64,000 nt of DNA from Candidatus Sulfomarinibacteraceae bacterium (GCA_041552055.1 JBFELO010000007.1:564-64563); one strand, 5' to 3'. Numbered from the stretch's first letter, positions 1 to 9,172 are shown. A program made the numbers and translations. Notes: generated from the sequence alone by a model not told the origin.

Positions 1-1799
1 GCTGCCCGTTCCTTCTCGCTGCTGCCCGAGCCACCGATGAAGTGTCCGACCGCCGCCCCGAAGAACACCGCCATGTTGATTTCGATCGGAAGGTACATGC
101 CCAGCCCGAATGCCAGTGCCGGCACCTTCGCCATCTCGAGCAGGATGGCGACGAGTCCACCGAGCGCGAACAGGATGACCGCCTGTTGTTGGCCACCCAT
201 CACGCTGGAGACGATCGCGGCCATGAGGTTGCCCTGCGGTGCCGGGAGATCCGGGTTGACGACCTGTTGGCCGGCAGCGTCGGTCACGAGGAAACCGTAG
301 GACGTGGCGAGCACCCAGATCACACCACCCACGCACAGTGCCGCGATCAGGATCCCGAGGAACTTCCACCGCTCCTGCTGATACGGGCTGGCGCCGAGCC
401 AGTATCCGACCTTGAGGTCGGTGATGAACGCTCCCGAGGTCGACAGCGCGGTGCACACGGCACAGCCTACGATGAGCGCTACCGACATCCCGAGAGCATC
501 GCCGCTCAGGCCGGTCGCAACGAGGGCGAGGCACGCGATGATCAGGGTCAGCATCGTCATCCCGGAGACGGGATTGACCCCGACGATGGCGATGGCTCGA
601 GCGGCCACCGGTGTGAAAAGAAAGGCGAGTGCAAAGGTGATGACGGTGCCCACCAGGGCGGTCGCGAGCCCGCCGCTGATGTACCAGAAGAGCAGAAACA
701 TACCGACGACGGCTCCGATTTGGACCAGAAAAGTGTTGCGTGGAGGCATGTCCCGGTCGGTGCGGGGGACGTCGCCGCCGTCCCCTCCGCCCGCCAGGCC
801 CTTGAACGCGAGCGCGATCGAAGACACGATGATCTTGCCCATCTTGAGGATGCCGATCATGCCGGCCACCGCGATACAGCCGATCCCCATCGGTCGAACG
901 TAGTTGGCGAAGATCTGCCCGGCGTCCATGTCGGCGACCAGGGCCTCCACTTCGGGCGGAGTGAGCGGAACGGTCAGCCCGTGGCCGGCAAAGTACACCA
1001 GGGGCACGAGGATCAACATCGAAAGCACCGAACCTGCTGCGATCACACCGGCGTAACGGGGACCGATGATGTAGCCGAGTCCGAAGTAGACCGCGGTGCC
1101 GTTGAGCCGGAGCTCGAATCGTTGATCGGCGAGGTATTCTCCGGCTCTCCCGAACAGGACCTTCGAGTTGAGGTGGTGGTTCCAGAGGTGGAAGAACTCG
1201 ACGATCAGGTCGTAGATGAAGCCGACCCCGAACGCCATCAGCAGGATCTTGCCGGCCGATCCCTTTGAACGTTCACCCGTGGCGAGCACATTGGTGATCG
1301 CCGTGCCTTCGGGGAACGGCAGCTGACCGTGCAGATCGCGTACGAAGTATCTCCGAAGCGGAATCAGCAGGACCACGCCGAGATATCCGCCCATCAGACA
1401 CGAAAAAAATATCTGCATGAACGAGGGGTCGAGGTCGAGGATGTACAACGCCGGGATCGTGAAAATCGCTCCCGCCACGACTACGCCAGAGGCCTGACCG
1501 ATGGACTGGATGATGACGTTTTCGAGCAATGAGTTGCGGCGGGAAAAGAACGTGCCCAGGAAGACGGCCAGGATGGCGACCGGTATCGATGTTTCGATCA
1601 CGTTGCCGGTCTTCAACCCGATGTAGGCGGCTGCAAAGGTGAAGATCACCACCATGATCGAGCCGAGCACGACCGAGCGAACGGTGACCTCGGGCCGGGG
1701 GTCGTCCGCCGGGACGACCGGTTCGTAGGTCTCGCCCGGTTCGAGCTCCCGGAACGCATTCGCAGGCAGGACCTTGCCTTGAATCGGCGTGTTCTCCAT
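1..1799 (-). CDS. OPT family oligopeptide transporter (3' end runs off the window)
   Basis: Absent from the ORF track because it is truncated. Manual translation from ATG 1799 (SD GGGAGGGA) gives MENTPIQGKVLPANAFREL...EVTVRSVVLG...AAAYIGLKTG...IPVAILAV...LLENVIIQSIG...LPFPEGTA, typical OPT motifs. Confidence 0.9.
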   Translation of the reverse strand, partial: MENTPIQGKVLPANAFRELEPGETYEPVVPADDPRPEVTVRSVVLGSIMVVIFTFAAAYIGLKTGNVIETSIPVAILAVFLGTFFSRRNSLLENVIIQSIGQASGVVVAGAIFTIPALYILDLDPSFMQIFFSCLMGGYLGVVLLIPLRRYFVRDLHGQLPFPEGTAITNVLATGERSKGSAGKILLMAFGVGFIYDLIVEFFHLWNHHLNSKVLFGRAGEYLADQRFELRLNGTAVYFGLGYIIGPRYAGVIAAGSVLSMLILVPLVYFAGHGLTVPLTPPEVEALVADMDAGQIFANYVRPMGIGCIAVAGMIGILKMGKIIVSSIALAFKGLAGGGDGGDVPRTDRDMPPRNTFLVQIGAVVGMFLLFWYISGGLATALVGTVITFALAFLFTPVAARAIAIVGVNPVSGMTMLTLIIACLALVATGLSGDALGMSVALIVGCAVCTALSTSGAFITDLKVGYWLGASPYQQERWKFLGILIAALCVGGVIWVLATSYGFLVTDAAGQQVVNPDLPAPQGNLMAAIVSSVMGGQQQAVILFALGGLVAILLEMAKVPALAFGLGMYLPIEINMAVFFGAAVGHFIGGSGSSEKERA

Positions 1800-1860
1800 G
1801 TGATTCCCTCCCGTGCGTCGCGCGGGAGTGTAGCACTGTGGGGCGCGCGTGCGCGCCCTC

Positions 1861-1917
1861 CCCCCCACCCAGATTCAAGATGCAAGATGCAAGATGCAAG
1901 GTCCCCCGCCCACCCGG
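1861..1917 (+). repeat. Heptamer tandem repeat (CAAGATG)x3 flanked by C-rich tracts
   Basis: ccccccacccagatt caagatg caagatg caagatg caag gtcccccgcccacccg. Confidence 0.8.
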
Positions 1918-1947
1918 GTCAATGAACAAGGCCCCGCACGTCATATA

Positions 1948-2053
1948 CCTCGTCATCGTCATCGAACCCCCCCGAGAACTCGAGCGGGTGTTGCGGCAGC
2001 TGGGTTTTTAGCCGTCCGGACGTTTCGGGGGAGTGGGACGATGACGACGAGGA
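1948..2053. repeat. Hexamer-armed inverted repeat (REP-like)
   Basis: Left arm cctcgtcatcgtcatcg...ccccccga; right arm tcgggggag...gacgatgacgacgagg. Confidence 0.6.
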
Positions 2054-2060
2054 GCGCCCC

Positions 2061-2098
2061 GGTAGGGTGGGGGAGCTTATAGCGTATAGCTTATAGCG
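2061..2098 (-). repeat. G-tract plus heptamer repeat (TTATAGC/GTATAGC)x3
   Basis: ggtagggtgggggagc ttatagc gtatagc ttatagc. Confidence 0.7.
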
Positions 2099-2158
2099 AT
2101 CGGCGGGCTGGGGCGCTGGCCCCGGACCCCTTGGTCCTTGTTCTCACGCCGTCGCGCT

Positions 2159-2854
2159 CTACTCCAGCGTCACCTGCACGTCGCCGACACCGACCTCGAC
2201 CTGGATTCGGTGTCGTCCATTGCCGACCCACGACGCCGAGTGGCCCACGAACCCCTCTCCCTCGACGCTGTCGCCCGCGGCCTTGATGCGGGCCTGACCG
2301 ACACCCCCAGAGGCTTCGACCGGGCCGTAGGAGGCGGCGATCGCTTTCACGAAGGCTTCTCCCACGCCGAGTTCGACGATCACATCACCGTCGGGTACAT
2401 CCACCCTGACGTCGCCGACCCCGAGCTCGAGCTTGGCGCCACCCGCGATCCCAAGCAGTGTGACATCGCCAACGCCCGCCTCGATCTCGACACCGCTTCG
2501 CGACGGGAGCTCGACTTCCCAGCGTTCTTCGAACCGCCGGTCGCCGGAATCGGATTCGATCTCGAGAATCAGCCGTTTCCCGACGACCTCCGATCGCAGA
2601 ATCGCCTGTTCGACCTCGCGCTCGGAGTCCTTCAAGGACGAGAAAAAGCCACCACGGCGGGGTGTGAGGGTGATTTCGATCTCGATCGTCTCGCCGTCAC
2701 CCGCGATCAGCTCGAGGTCGCCGGTGCCGGCGTTGAACGAGACGATGTCAATACCCTCGGCGGACCGGGTGTAGTTGAGTGTGCGTTCCCCGGCGGTTGC
2801 CGTGGCAACGACACACACCGCGACGATCAACAGTGAGACCAGTCTCCGTGTCAT
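2159..2854 (-). CDS. Secreted DUF4097/adhesin-like beta-strand repeat protein
   Basis: Signal peptide MTRRLVSLLIVAVCVVATATA; repeated (A/L)GVGDV motifs; SD GGGAG before ATG 2854. Confidence 0.75.
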   Translation of the reverse strand: MTRRLVSLLIVAVCVVATATAGERTLNYTRSAEGIDIVSFNAGTGDLELIAGDGETIEIEITLTPRRGGFFSSLKDSEREVEQAILRSEVVGKRLILEIESDSGDRRFEERWEVELPSRSGVEIEAGVGDVTLLGIAGGAKLELGVGDVRVDVPDGDVIVELGVGEAFVKAIAASYGPVEASGGVGQARIKAAGDSVEGEGFVGHSASWVGNGRHRIQVEVGVGDVQVTLE

Positions 2855-2939
2855 CGAGTACTCCCGCGTGGGCGGCCGACCTGTACCGACGCCCGCGTTC
2901 TGTTCCATCTAACGGTTGGTGCGGGAAAAGGTTCTCGAC

Positions 2940-3911
2940 TCAATCGCCCCAGGCGTCGGCCGAAACAACGGTGATCGGAGTCGACGCCGTCTCGACGTCA
3001 ATCACCGGTCCCTCGCCGGTCAGTTCGTAGCTGTCTCCCTGGGGGCTGAAGGTCCCGGGAAGGTCTGACTCGATGGAACCGGTCGTCGTTGTGAGCCTGC
3101 CGTGGGGGTGGACTCCGCCGGGGAGGAGCAGTTGGACTCTGCCCGAGGACGAGCGAACCGTCACATGGTGGTCGCTATCGATGCGATCCCAGCCGAGAGA
3201 CACCCGGCCCGTGGATGTTTGCACCTGTGCTGAACCCGAGAGGTTGTCGAGTGACACGTCTCCAGACGCCGTGTCCACGCTCACCTCACGGGCGCCTCCC
3301 TCGAGCGCGACGCTCCCCGAGGCGGTTCGCGCGAAGAGACGAGAGGTCGAGCGGAACAGATCGAGTCTGGTCGCACCTGACGAGCTGCGGATTTCGAGCG
3401 ACCCGGCTGCGCCGGTGAACTCGATGTCTCCTGTCGAGGTTCTCATCCGAAACGGCTGAGCAGACGGGAAGTCGCCCCTGATTTCGATCCTTCCGCCGGC
3501 CGTCGTGACGTCCGGAGAAACATCCTTCGGCACGAGGATCGCGAGGCGTGCTCGCGACGTCAGTCGTCCGATACTTAGCGGGCCGACGGTCTTCTCCTGA
3601 GGCCGCACCACAATCCGGAGTTCGTCTGCCGCGTCGGTGAACGAGGGCGCGTGGGCGTCGACCCAGCTTTCGGCTTTGGCTGCGCCGACGCCGCTGATGT
3701 GGAGGTCGGCCGTGACCTCGATCTCGACGACATCGGCGGCGCGGATATGGACATCCACGTCTCCGACGTCGACCACGATCCGCTTGCCCTCGGCCGCCGG
3801 GAACCGATCGGTGGTGAGCGAGCGCCGCTCTGCCGCGTACAGCGGGGCTCCCGCCAGGACCGAACACAACGCGATCAGAGTCGTCCTGCTGATTCGAGCT
3901 CGCGCCGTCAT
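2940..3911 (-). CDS. Secreted DUF4097 family beta-strand repeat protein
   Basis: Signal peptide; repeated T/S-x-x-G motifs (TSTGDI, TASGSV, TASGDV, SSSGRV); ATG overlaps the upstream stop (ATGA). Confidence 0.8.
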   Translation of the reverse strand: MTARARISRTTLIALCSVLAGAPLYAAERRSLTTDRFPAAEGKRIVVDVGDVDVHIRAADVVEIEVTADLHISGVGAAKAESWVDAHAPSFTDAADELRIVVRPQEKTVGPLSIGRLTSRARLAILVPKDVSPDVTTAGGRIEIRGDFPSAQPFRMRTSTGDIEFTGAAGSLEIRSSSGATRLDLFRSTSRLFARTASGSVALEGGAREVSVDTASGDVSLDNLSGSAQVQTSTGRVSLGWDRIDSDHHVTVRSSSGRVQLLLPGGVHPHGRLTTTTGSIESDLPGTFSPQGDSYELTGEGPVIDVETASTPITVVSADAWGD

Positions 3912-4981
3912 AGTTCCGGAAACCTGATCACCTTTGCCGGGTTCGCGACGTCCGCCTGAGGCTGTTCGAGGCGCGGGTTCGACAGCGCTCCGAACGCGCG
4001 TCGTGTGAGCTCCTCGTCCTGTTCCGCGAGATAATTGCGGAGCCGCTGGAGCGCCGAACGAACCGTCGAGGATTTGACCGCCATGGAGCGTGCGACCGCC
4101 GCGGCGGCCGTGGGCCGACCGTCCACCTCCAAGGCCGCGAGGATCAGGGCGGCAGCCCACGGTTCGGGGGTCTGAACGCGAACCGGGTCCCGGTCGAGGA
4201 AGGCGCGCCAGATCCGACGCGCAGCGAGCACGATCAGGTCTGAGAACTCCATCACCGAACCGCACCGGATGATCGCCTCGTCGACCTCGGCGGGAACTCC
4301 GTCGAGATCTGACAGTGCGCCACGCCAGGAGGCCGCGAGCCGGTCCTCGGCTCGGTTCCGATTCCACTGGCGATTCAGGGAGTCGCGCGCTTCGATCAGC
4401 AGCGACGAGTCCGGGTGGTGGCCCAGACCATCACGAAGCACCTCATCGGCCTCGGACCAGCGGCCAACCGTCGCGAGGAGGTTGGCCCGCAATCCGACGA
4501 GAAACACCTGCATGTCATCCGGCAGCTGGTGTTCGGGAGTGACTCGATCCAGGACGTCGAGCGCCTCCGGCAGTCGCCCCTGGTCAGCCATCATCATCGC
4601 GAGCTGCATCGGCAGGTGCACCGCGTCCGGGAACAGCTGAGTCCCCATGCGCAGCATGTCCTCGGACTGGTCGCAGTCCCCGATCGCATGAAGGGCGCTC
4701 GCCATCAGGTGGCAGGCGTGAGGCGACGACCGCAACGTCCACGATCGCGATGCGGCGGGCAGTGCGCGTTCCGCGCATCCCATGGCGAGGAGGGCCTGCG
4801 CCTTCCAGTTCAGGAGTTGCGAGGTGAGGAACGAGTCGTCGCGGGCAAGCGCGAGAAGACGTTCAACCTCGGTCAGCACCTTCCGGTGGCGCCCCTGCTG
4901 GCTCCACTCGAGGCACCGCTCGAGCGCCCGCTCGACGCGGGATCTGATGTCAATGCCGCGGTCGCGGGGCGTTTCAGTCAT
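3908..4981 (-). CDS. Tetratricopeptide repeat protein with a helical/HTH-like C-terminal domain
   Basis: TPR-like helices (LAMMMADQGRLPEALDVL, LLATVGRWSEADEVL); start placed at 4981, 7 nt after an extended -10 (TGcTAGCAT). Confidence 0.75.
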   Translation of the reverse strand: MTETPRDRGIDIRSRVERALERCLEWSQQGRHRKVLTEVERLLALARDDSFLTSQLLNWKAQALLAMGCAERALPAASRSWTLRSSPHACHLMASALHAIGDCDQSEDMLRMGTQLFPDAVHLPMQLAMMMADQGRLPEALDVLDRVTPEHQLPDDMQVFLVGLRANLLATVGRWSEADEVLRDGLGHHPDSSLLIEARDSLNRQWNRNRAEDRLAASWRGALSDLDGVPAEVDEAIIRCGSVMEFSDLIVLAARRIWRAFLDRDPVRVQTPEPWAAALILAALEVDGRPTAAAAVARSMAVKSSTVRSALQRLRNYLAEQDEELTRRAFGALSNPRLEQPQADVANPAKVIRFPEL

Positions 4982-5123
4982 CAGTTTCATGCTAGCAGAG
5001 AGGAACGACCGGTGCCTGCGGCACCCGGGGATGGGGGATGTAGAGACCTGGCCGCAAATGCTCCGGTCATGCCACCATGCCCCCAAGCCCACAAGCCCTG
5101 CTGCGATTCGCGCAGCGAATCGC

Positions 5124-5158
5124 AAAAACAAGGGGCGGCCCTCTTCGAGCCGCCCCCC
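5124..5158 (-). terminator. Rho-independent terminator of the DUF6600 gene
   Basis: Minus strand reads GGGGCGGC-tcgaagagg-GCCGCCCC-TTGTTTTT, about 20 nt after the stop; a second hairpin lies at 5102-5124. Confidence 0.8.
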
Positions 5159-5179
5159 GTCTTCCAAGGCCGCCGGGTT

Positions 5180-6601
5180 TTATCGGCGCTTCACCCTTTC
5201 GGTACCCTTTCCTCGTCTTTGAGATACGTCCCGCCGGTCGTCAGGTTGAGTTACTCGTTCGCCGTCACGCTTTTCGTCGTTGGTGTTTCGTCGAACCCGG
5301 GACACAATTGATGAAGCCGAATGCCTCGTAGCCGACCCACGTCCCTGTGGCGTCTCCGGACGCTCCACGCGCCGCGACTCAGTGAGCTGGCGCTGGGGAA
5401 TGCGGTCGTGTCCGACGGCACGAGGGTGGGACAAGGCCGCGGAGCCCGAAGCGGCGTTCGTGGGTCGACGGCTGAGTCGATCGATCGAGGCTCGCTCAGA
5501 CGAGGCGTTTTCGGTCGTTGCTCTGCCGGTATGGACCTGTGTCGGAGCGGTCCGAGCGTTGTCGGACTGCGCTGAAGCTCGCGGCGATTGAGTAGACCGG
5601 GAATTACGACCGTTCGAACCAGCCGGGAGCGCGGTTCGCGTATCGCTCGAGCGGGGGGTGACGGTGGTATCGGGTGCGCGGCCGCGGTCCACCACACGTC
5701 GCGCCAGTTCGGACGGAAGGGCACGCTCCGCGGTGCTCCTCGCGTGCTGCTGGACGCTGTGAATCATCCCCTCGGGCCGGGCGACCGTCACATTCCGGCC
5801 GCCAAGCGTGACCGTCCGTTGCTCGAGCCGCGCGGTCGGGGCCATTTCCACCCCTCGTCGCTGGACCTCGGCGCGGCTGGGAGCAGTGTCCGAGATCCGC
5901 AACTCGGAGCCGACTGCGGTTCGCCGGAGGGTGGCCGAGTTCGTGGCGTGTCTCGCGATGTCGTGCGAGCTCAGGTGGGACCAGGGTACGTACGTTGCCC
6001 AGTGAGCGTCACGCCAGCCGTCTCCGTACCCTCTGTCGTAGCCGCGGTGGTAGCCGTCGCGATATCCGCCGCGGTAGCCGTGGTGGAAGCCTCGAGCGGC
6101 GTGGCTCCAGCCATGCGGAGGGCACGGATACCAGCCCACGTGGCCGCCCCAGTGTACCCACACCACGTTGGCCGGCCGGTAGGTGTAGCCGGGCACCCAT
6201 GCCCATCCATGGGAGGTGTAGGCCCAGTGCCCGTAGTGGTGCGGGAAGTACCCCCACGGCTCGTAGGACACCCAGGTCCAGCCGGCGGAGGTGACCACCC
6301 AACGTCCGTGTTGGTATGGAGTCCAGCCGGCCGCGACCCACGGCCGCCAGACGCGGCCGAGGCCGTCCACCCATACCCACTCGCCGTAACCGTTGAGCAC
6401 GGCGTCGTAGCTCAGGCGCAGGTGTGGCTCGTCCCACGAGGCGCCATAAACCCACCAGTCGCCGGATCCGAACGAGAGACCGACCCCGCCGGTGCCGACG
6501 TGGAAGGAGAACCAGTCGGCCCCGCTCGCGGGCGCCGCCAGGAGCACGACGCTGATGAGCGCAGTCGCCAAGAACAGGATTCGTCGCTGACGGTTCTTCA
6601 T
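5180..6601 (-). CDS. Secreted DUF6600-type Trp/Gly-rich protein with a long disordered tail
   Basis: Signal peptide; YGEWV...VWRP...WTPYQHGRWV...WTWVSYEPWG..PHHYGHW...WAWVPG pattern; SD GGGGAGG. Confidence 0.8.
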   Translation of the reverse strand: MKNRQRRILFLATALISVVLLAAPASGADWFSFHVGTGGVGLSFGSGDWWVYGASWDEPHLRLSYDAVLNGYGEWVWVDGLGRVWRPWVAAGWTPYQHGRWVVTSAGWTWVSYEPWGYFPHHYGHWAYTSHGWAWVPGYTYRPANVVWVHWGGHVGWYPCPPHGWSHAARGFHHGYRGGYRDGYHRGYDRGYGDGWRDAHWATYVPWSHLSSHDIARHATNSATLRRTAVGSELRISDTAPSRAEVQRRGVEMAPTARLEQRTVTLGGRNVTVARPEGMIHSVQQHARSTAERALPSELARRVVDRGRAPDTTVTPRSSDTRTALPAGSNGRNSRSTQSPRASAQSDNARTAPTQVHTGRATTENASSERASIDRLSRRPTNAASGSAALSHPRAVGHDRIPQRQLTESRRVERPETPQGRGSATRHSASSIVSRVRRNTNDEKRDGERVTQPDDRRDVSQRRGKGTERVKRR

Positions 6602-6649
6602 GGCTGCCTCCCCGGGGTCGATCTCTGACTCGACCCCGTCCTGTCCTGC

Positions 6650-6665
6650 AGCAAGGGTCGTGCCA
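6650..6665 (-). promoter_or_regulatory. Sigma-54 (-24/-12) promoter
   Basis: Minus strand TGGCAC-GACCC-TTGCT matches the consensus, about 50 nt upstream of the DUF6600 ATG. Confidence 0.75.
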
Positions 6666-6818
6666 TCGGGGGGAGAAGCGAGGACAACGACGGAACGGGA
6701 GGTGTTCTCCGGATGCTATCCGGTGCCGTCAGGGGTCGGCTGACCGCTCTGAGACGGCGCGGTCAGGCGGACGACATGTCACCTGCAGGGGACACCGAGC
6801 GGGCCGCACCCGCGCGAG

Positions 6819-7916
6819 TCAGGCGCGCTCGTACAGGAACGAGCAGTCTGCGTGTCGCGGCTCCTCGCCGGCCCGGCACATCGCGTAGGAGGCGCCGGAC
6901 CAGACTGCCGCCGCACCGACCTCACCGGCGCGGTTGACGGCGTAGAACTTGACGTCGAACTTCGGGCGGCCCTGATCGTCCAGCAGGTATCCGACGCGGG
7001 TGGCCCGGACGACGCGTTCGAGGGCACCGAGGCAGGCATCGGTCGGGGAGGCGCCGCGACGCATCAGTTCGACCACTGTGTGTGAGCCCGCCGCCTGGAT
7101 CACGGACTCACCACGACCCGTCGATCCGGCGGCGCCGACCTCGTTGTCAACGAACAGACCGGCACCGATGAGAGGCGAGTCGCCGACCCGTCCCGGGATC
7201 TTGAAGAACAGACCCGACGTCGTGGTGGTACCACCGAGGTCTCCGTTCCCGTTGACAGCACAGAGGTTGATGGTCCCGGTTGGCCGGATCGCTCCGTACT
7301 TCGAGATGAACCACTGCACATCGGGATCGTCAGTCTCCCCCGGAAACGTGATCCAGTCGTCGCGGTCCGACATATTCGCCTTCCAGTACAGCCAGACCTT
7401 GCGGGCGCGCTCGGTGAGCAGGTTCTCCTCCTCGAAACCGACAAAACGTGCGAACCGCGCCGCGCCTTCACCGACGAGAAGGACGCGGGTGGTCCGACGC
7501 ATCAACTCGTACGCGACCCGGGCGGGATGCCTGAATCCCTCGATCGCCGCCACCGCTCCGGCGCGCATCGTCGGTCCATCCATGCAGCACGCGTCGAGCT
7601 GAACGATCCCCGCCGCATTGGGCAGACCTCCGTACCCGACGCTCACGTCCTCGGGATCTGCCTCGACCAGCCCGACCCCTTCAACCGCGGCTTCCACCGG
7701 CGACGTGCCTGCCGCCATACGTTGCGCGGCGAGTTGCACCGCCTCGAGGCCGTTTGCCGAGGCCACCGCCACGGGGCGGATCTCGCCTCCCGTGTCCTGC
7801 GCCGGCGATGACGCCGCCGCCATGCCGACCGCTGCGGCCGCGCCGCCGGTCACGACCTCGCGACGAGTCGGTCCGGTCTTCGTCTGAGCGGGCTGTGGTG
7901 TGTCGGGTCGTGCCAT
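6819..7916 (-). CDS. Ntn-hydrolase, type 2 asparaginase family (glycosylasparaginase/isoaspartyl peptidase), Tat signal
   Basis: SVGYGGLPN...LDACCMDG, G-T-I autocleavage Thr, TTTSGL..KIPGRVGDSP.IGAG, STGRGE; N-terminal TRREVV. Confidence 0.9.
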   Translation of the reverse strand: MARPDTPQPAQTKTGPTRREVVTGGAAAAVGMAAASSPAQDTGGEIRPVAVASANGLEAVQLAAQRMAAGTSPVEAAVEGVGLVEADPEDVSVGYGGLPNAAGIVQLDACCMDGPTMRAGAVAAIEGFRHPARVAYELMRRTTRVLLVGEGAARFARFVGFEEENLLTERARKVWLYWKANMSDRDDWITFPGETDDPDVQWFISKYGAIRPTGTINLCAVNGNGDLGGTTTTSGLFFKIPGRVGDSPLIGAGLFVDNEVGAAGSTGRGESVIQAAGSHTVVELMRRGASPTDACLGALERVVRATRVGYLLDDQGRPKFDVKFYAVNRAGEVGAAAVWSGASYAMCRAGEEPRHADCSFLYERA

Positions 7917-8173
7917 GTCGTCATGGTGGCGACGCCGTTGGGCTCCTGTCAAGGGGATTGACCGGAGGATCCGAGCGGTAGGCATGGTGGTTGCATCGAT
8001 CAGGGACGGGTCCGAGGATGGAGACGGAGGCCGAACTGTTCTACCATGATCTGGAACTGATGAACCGCGCAGCCGGCGGGCTCGGAGCGCCGTCGACGAT
8101 GATGGCCCGTGACGACCTGGAGAGCGACCCACAGGAACCGAAGGTATGGCAGGGCGGAAGGCGGAGACGAGAG

Positions 8174-8920
8174 ATGAGCCGTTGCACCGTAGGATGCGTC
8201 TTGCTGTCGGCACTGATGGGGGCCGGGGTGATGAGCGGGTGTAACTCTCAGGGGGGGAGTTCCGCAGGCCAGACGCAGACGGACTGGGCGGCTCGACGCG
8301 ATCACATGGTGCGGACCCAGATCGAAGCGCGCGGCGTCAAGGATCCTCAGGTCCTCGCCAGCATGAATAGCGTTCCGCGACACCTGTTCGTCCCTGAGGA
8401 CTACCGTGAGTCGGCGTACCACGACTCGCCGCTGCCGATTGGCGAGGGACAGACCATCTCACAGCCGTACATTGTCGCCTTGATGACCGAACTGCTGGAG
8501 GTCGGTGAGGGCTCGCGCGTGCTCGAAATCGGTACCGGATCGGGGTATCAGGCCGCGGTTCTGGCGGCGATGGGGGTGGAGGTGTACTCCATCGAGATCC
8601 GGGAGCGGCTGTGCGAGCGCGCGTCGGGAACTCTCGCCGAGCTCGGCTACACATCGGCCCATGTCCGTTGCGGGGACGGCTACCGCGGTTGGCCCGACGA
8701 GGCACCGTTCGACGGGATCATCGTGACCGCTGCGCCGACGTGGATCCCGGACCCACTCGTCGATCAGTTGGTGGACGGCGCCCACATGGTGATTCCGGTG
8801 GGCGACTTTTATCAGGAGCTCAAGGTCATCACCCGTGCCGGCGATTCGCTGGAGGAGCGGTCGGTCATTCCGGTGCGCTTCGTGCCCATGACCGGGGAGA
8901 TCGAGCGCCAGGGCGACTAG
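8174..8920 (+). CDS. pcm: Protein-L-isoaspartate(D-aspartate) O-methyltransferase with a lipoprotein-like signal
   Basis: VPRHLFVP, GQTISQPYIVA, VLEIGTGSGYQAA, GDGYRGWP..APFD.IIVTAA, VRFVPM; N-terminal hydrophobic stretch ending MSGC. Confidence 0.93.
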   Translation: MSRCTVGCVLLSALMGAGVMSGCNSQGGSSAGQTQTDWAARRDHMVRTQIEARGVKDPQVLASMNSVPRHLFVPEDYRESAYHDSPLPIGEGQTISQPYIVALMTELLEVGEGSRVLEIGTGSGYQAAVLAAMGVEVYSIEIRERLCERASGTLAELGYTSAHVRCGDGYRGWPDEAPFDGIIVTAAPTWIPDPLVDQLVDGAHMVIPVGDFYQELKVITRAGDSLEERSVIPVRFVPMTGEIERQGD

Positions 8921-8957
8921 GTCGAAGGCTTCCCGTCGACTCGGCCCACGGGGAGTA

Positions 8958-9053
8958 CCCGTCTCCGTTTCCGTTTCTGTCTCCGTGATCGATTCGTCCT
9001 TCAAAACGGCGGGGGGATTCGGAGACGGATACGGATACGGAGACGGAGACGGG
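8958..9053. repeat. Hexamer-armed inverted repeat (CCGTYT.../ACGGAN...)
   Basis: cccgtctccgtttccgtttctgtctccg ... cggagacggatacggatacggagacggagacggg. Confidence 0.75.
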
Positions 9054-9172
9054 TTCAGGAGCGCGAGAAGCGTTGCCGGGAGTCTCGCACTCCGGCGTCC
9101 GAGTGCGCGTCGTCACTCTCTCGGTGGGGGAAGTGTCACGGGTTTCCCGAACTGTTCTATATTGACCGCGGC

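Noticed and set aside
42-1268. 408-aa plus-strand ORF
   Set aside because: Antisense shadow of the OPT transporter gene on the minus strand.
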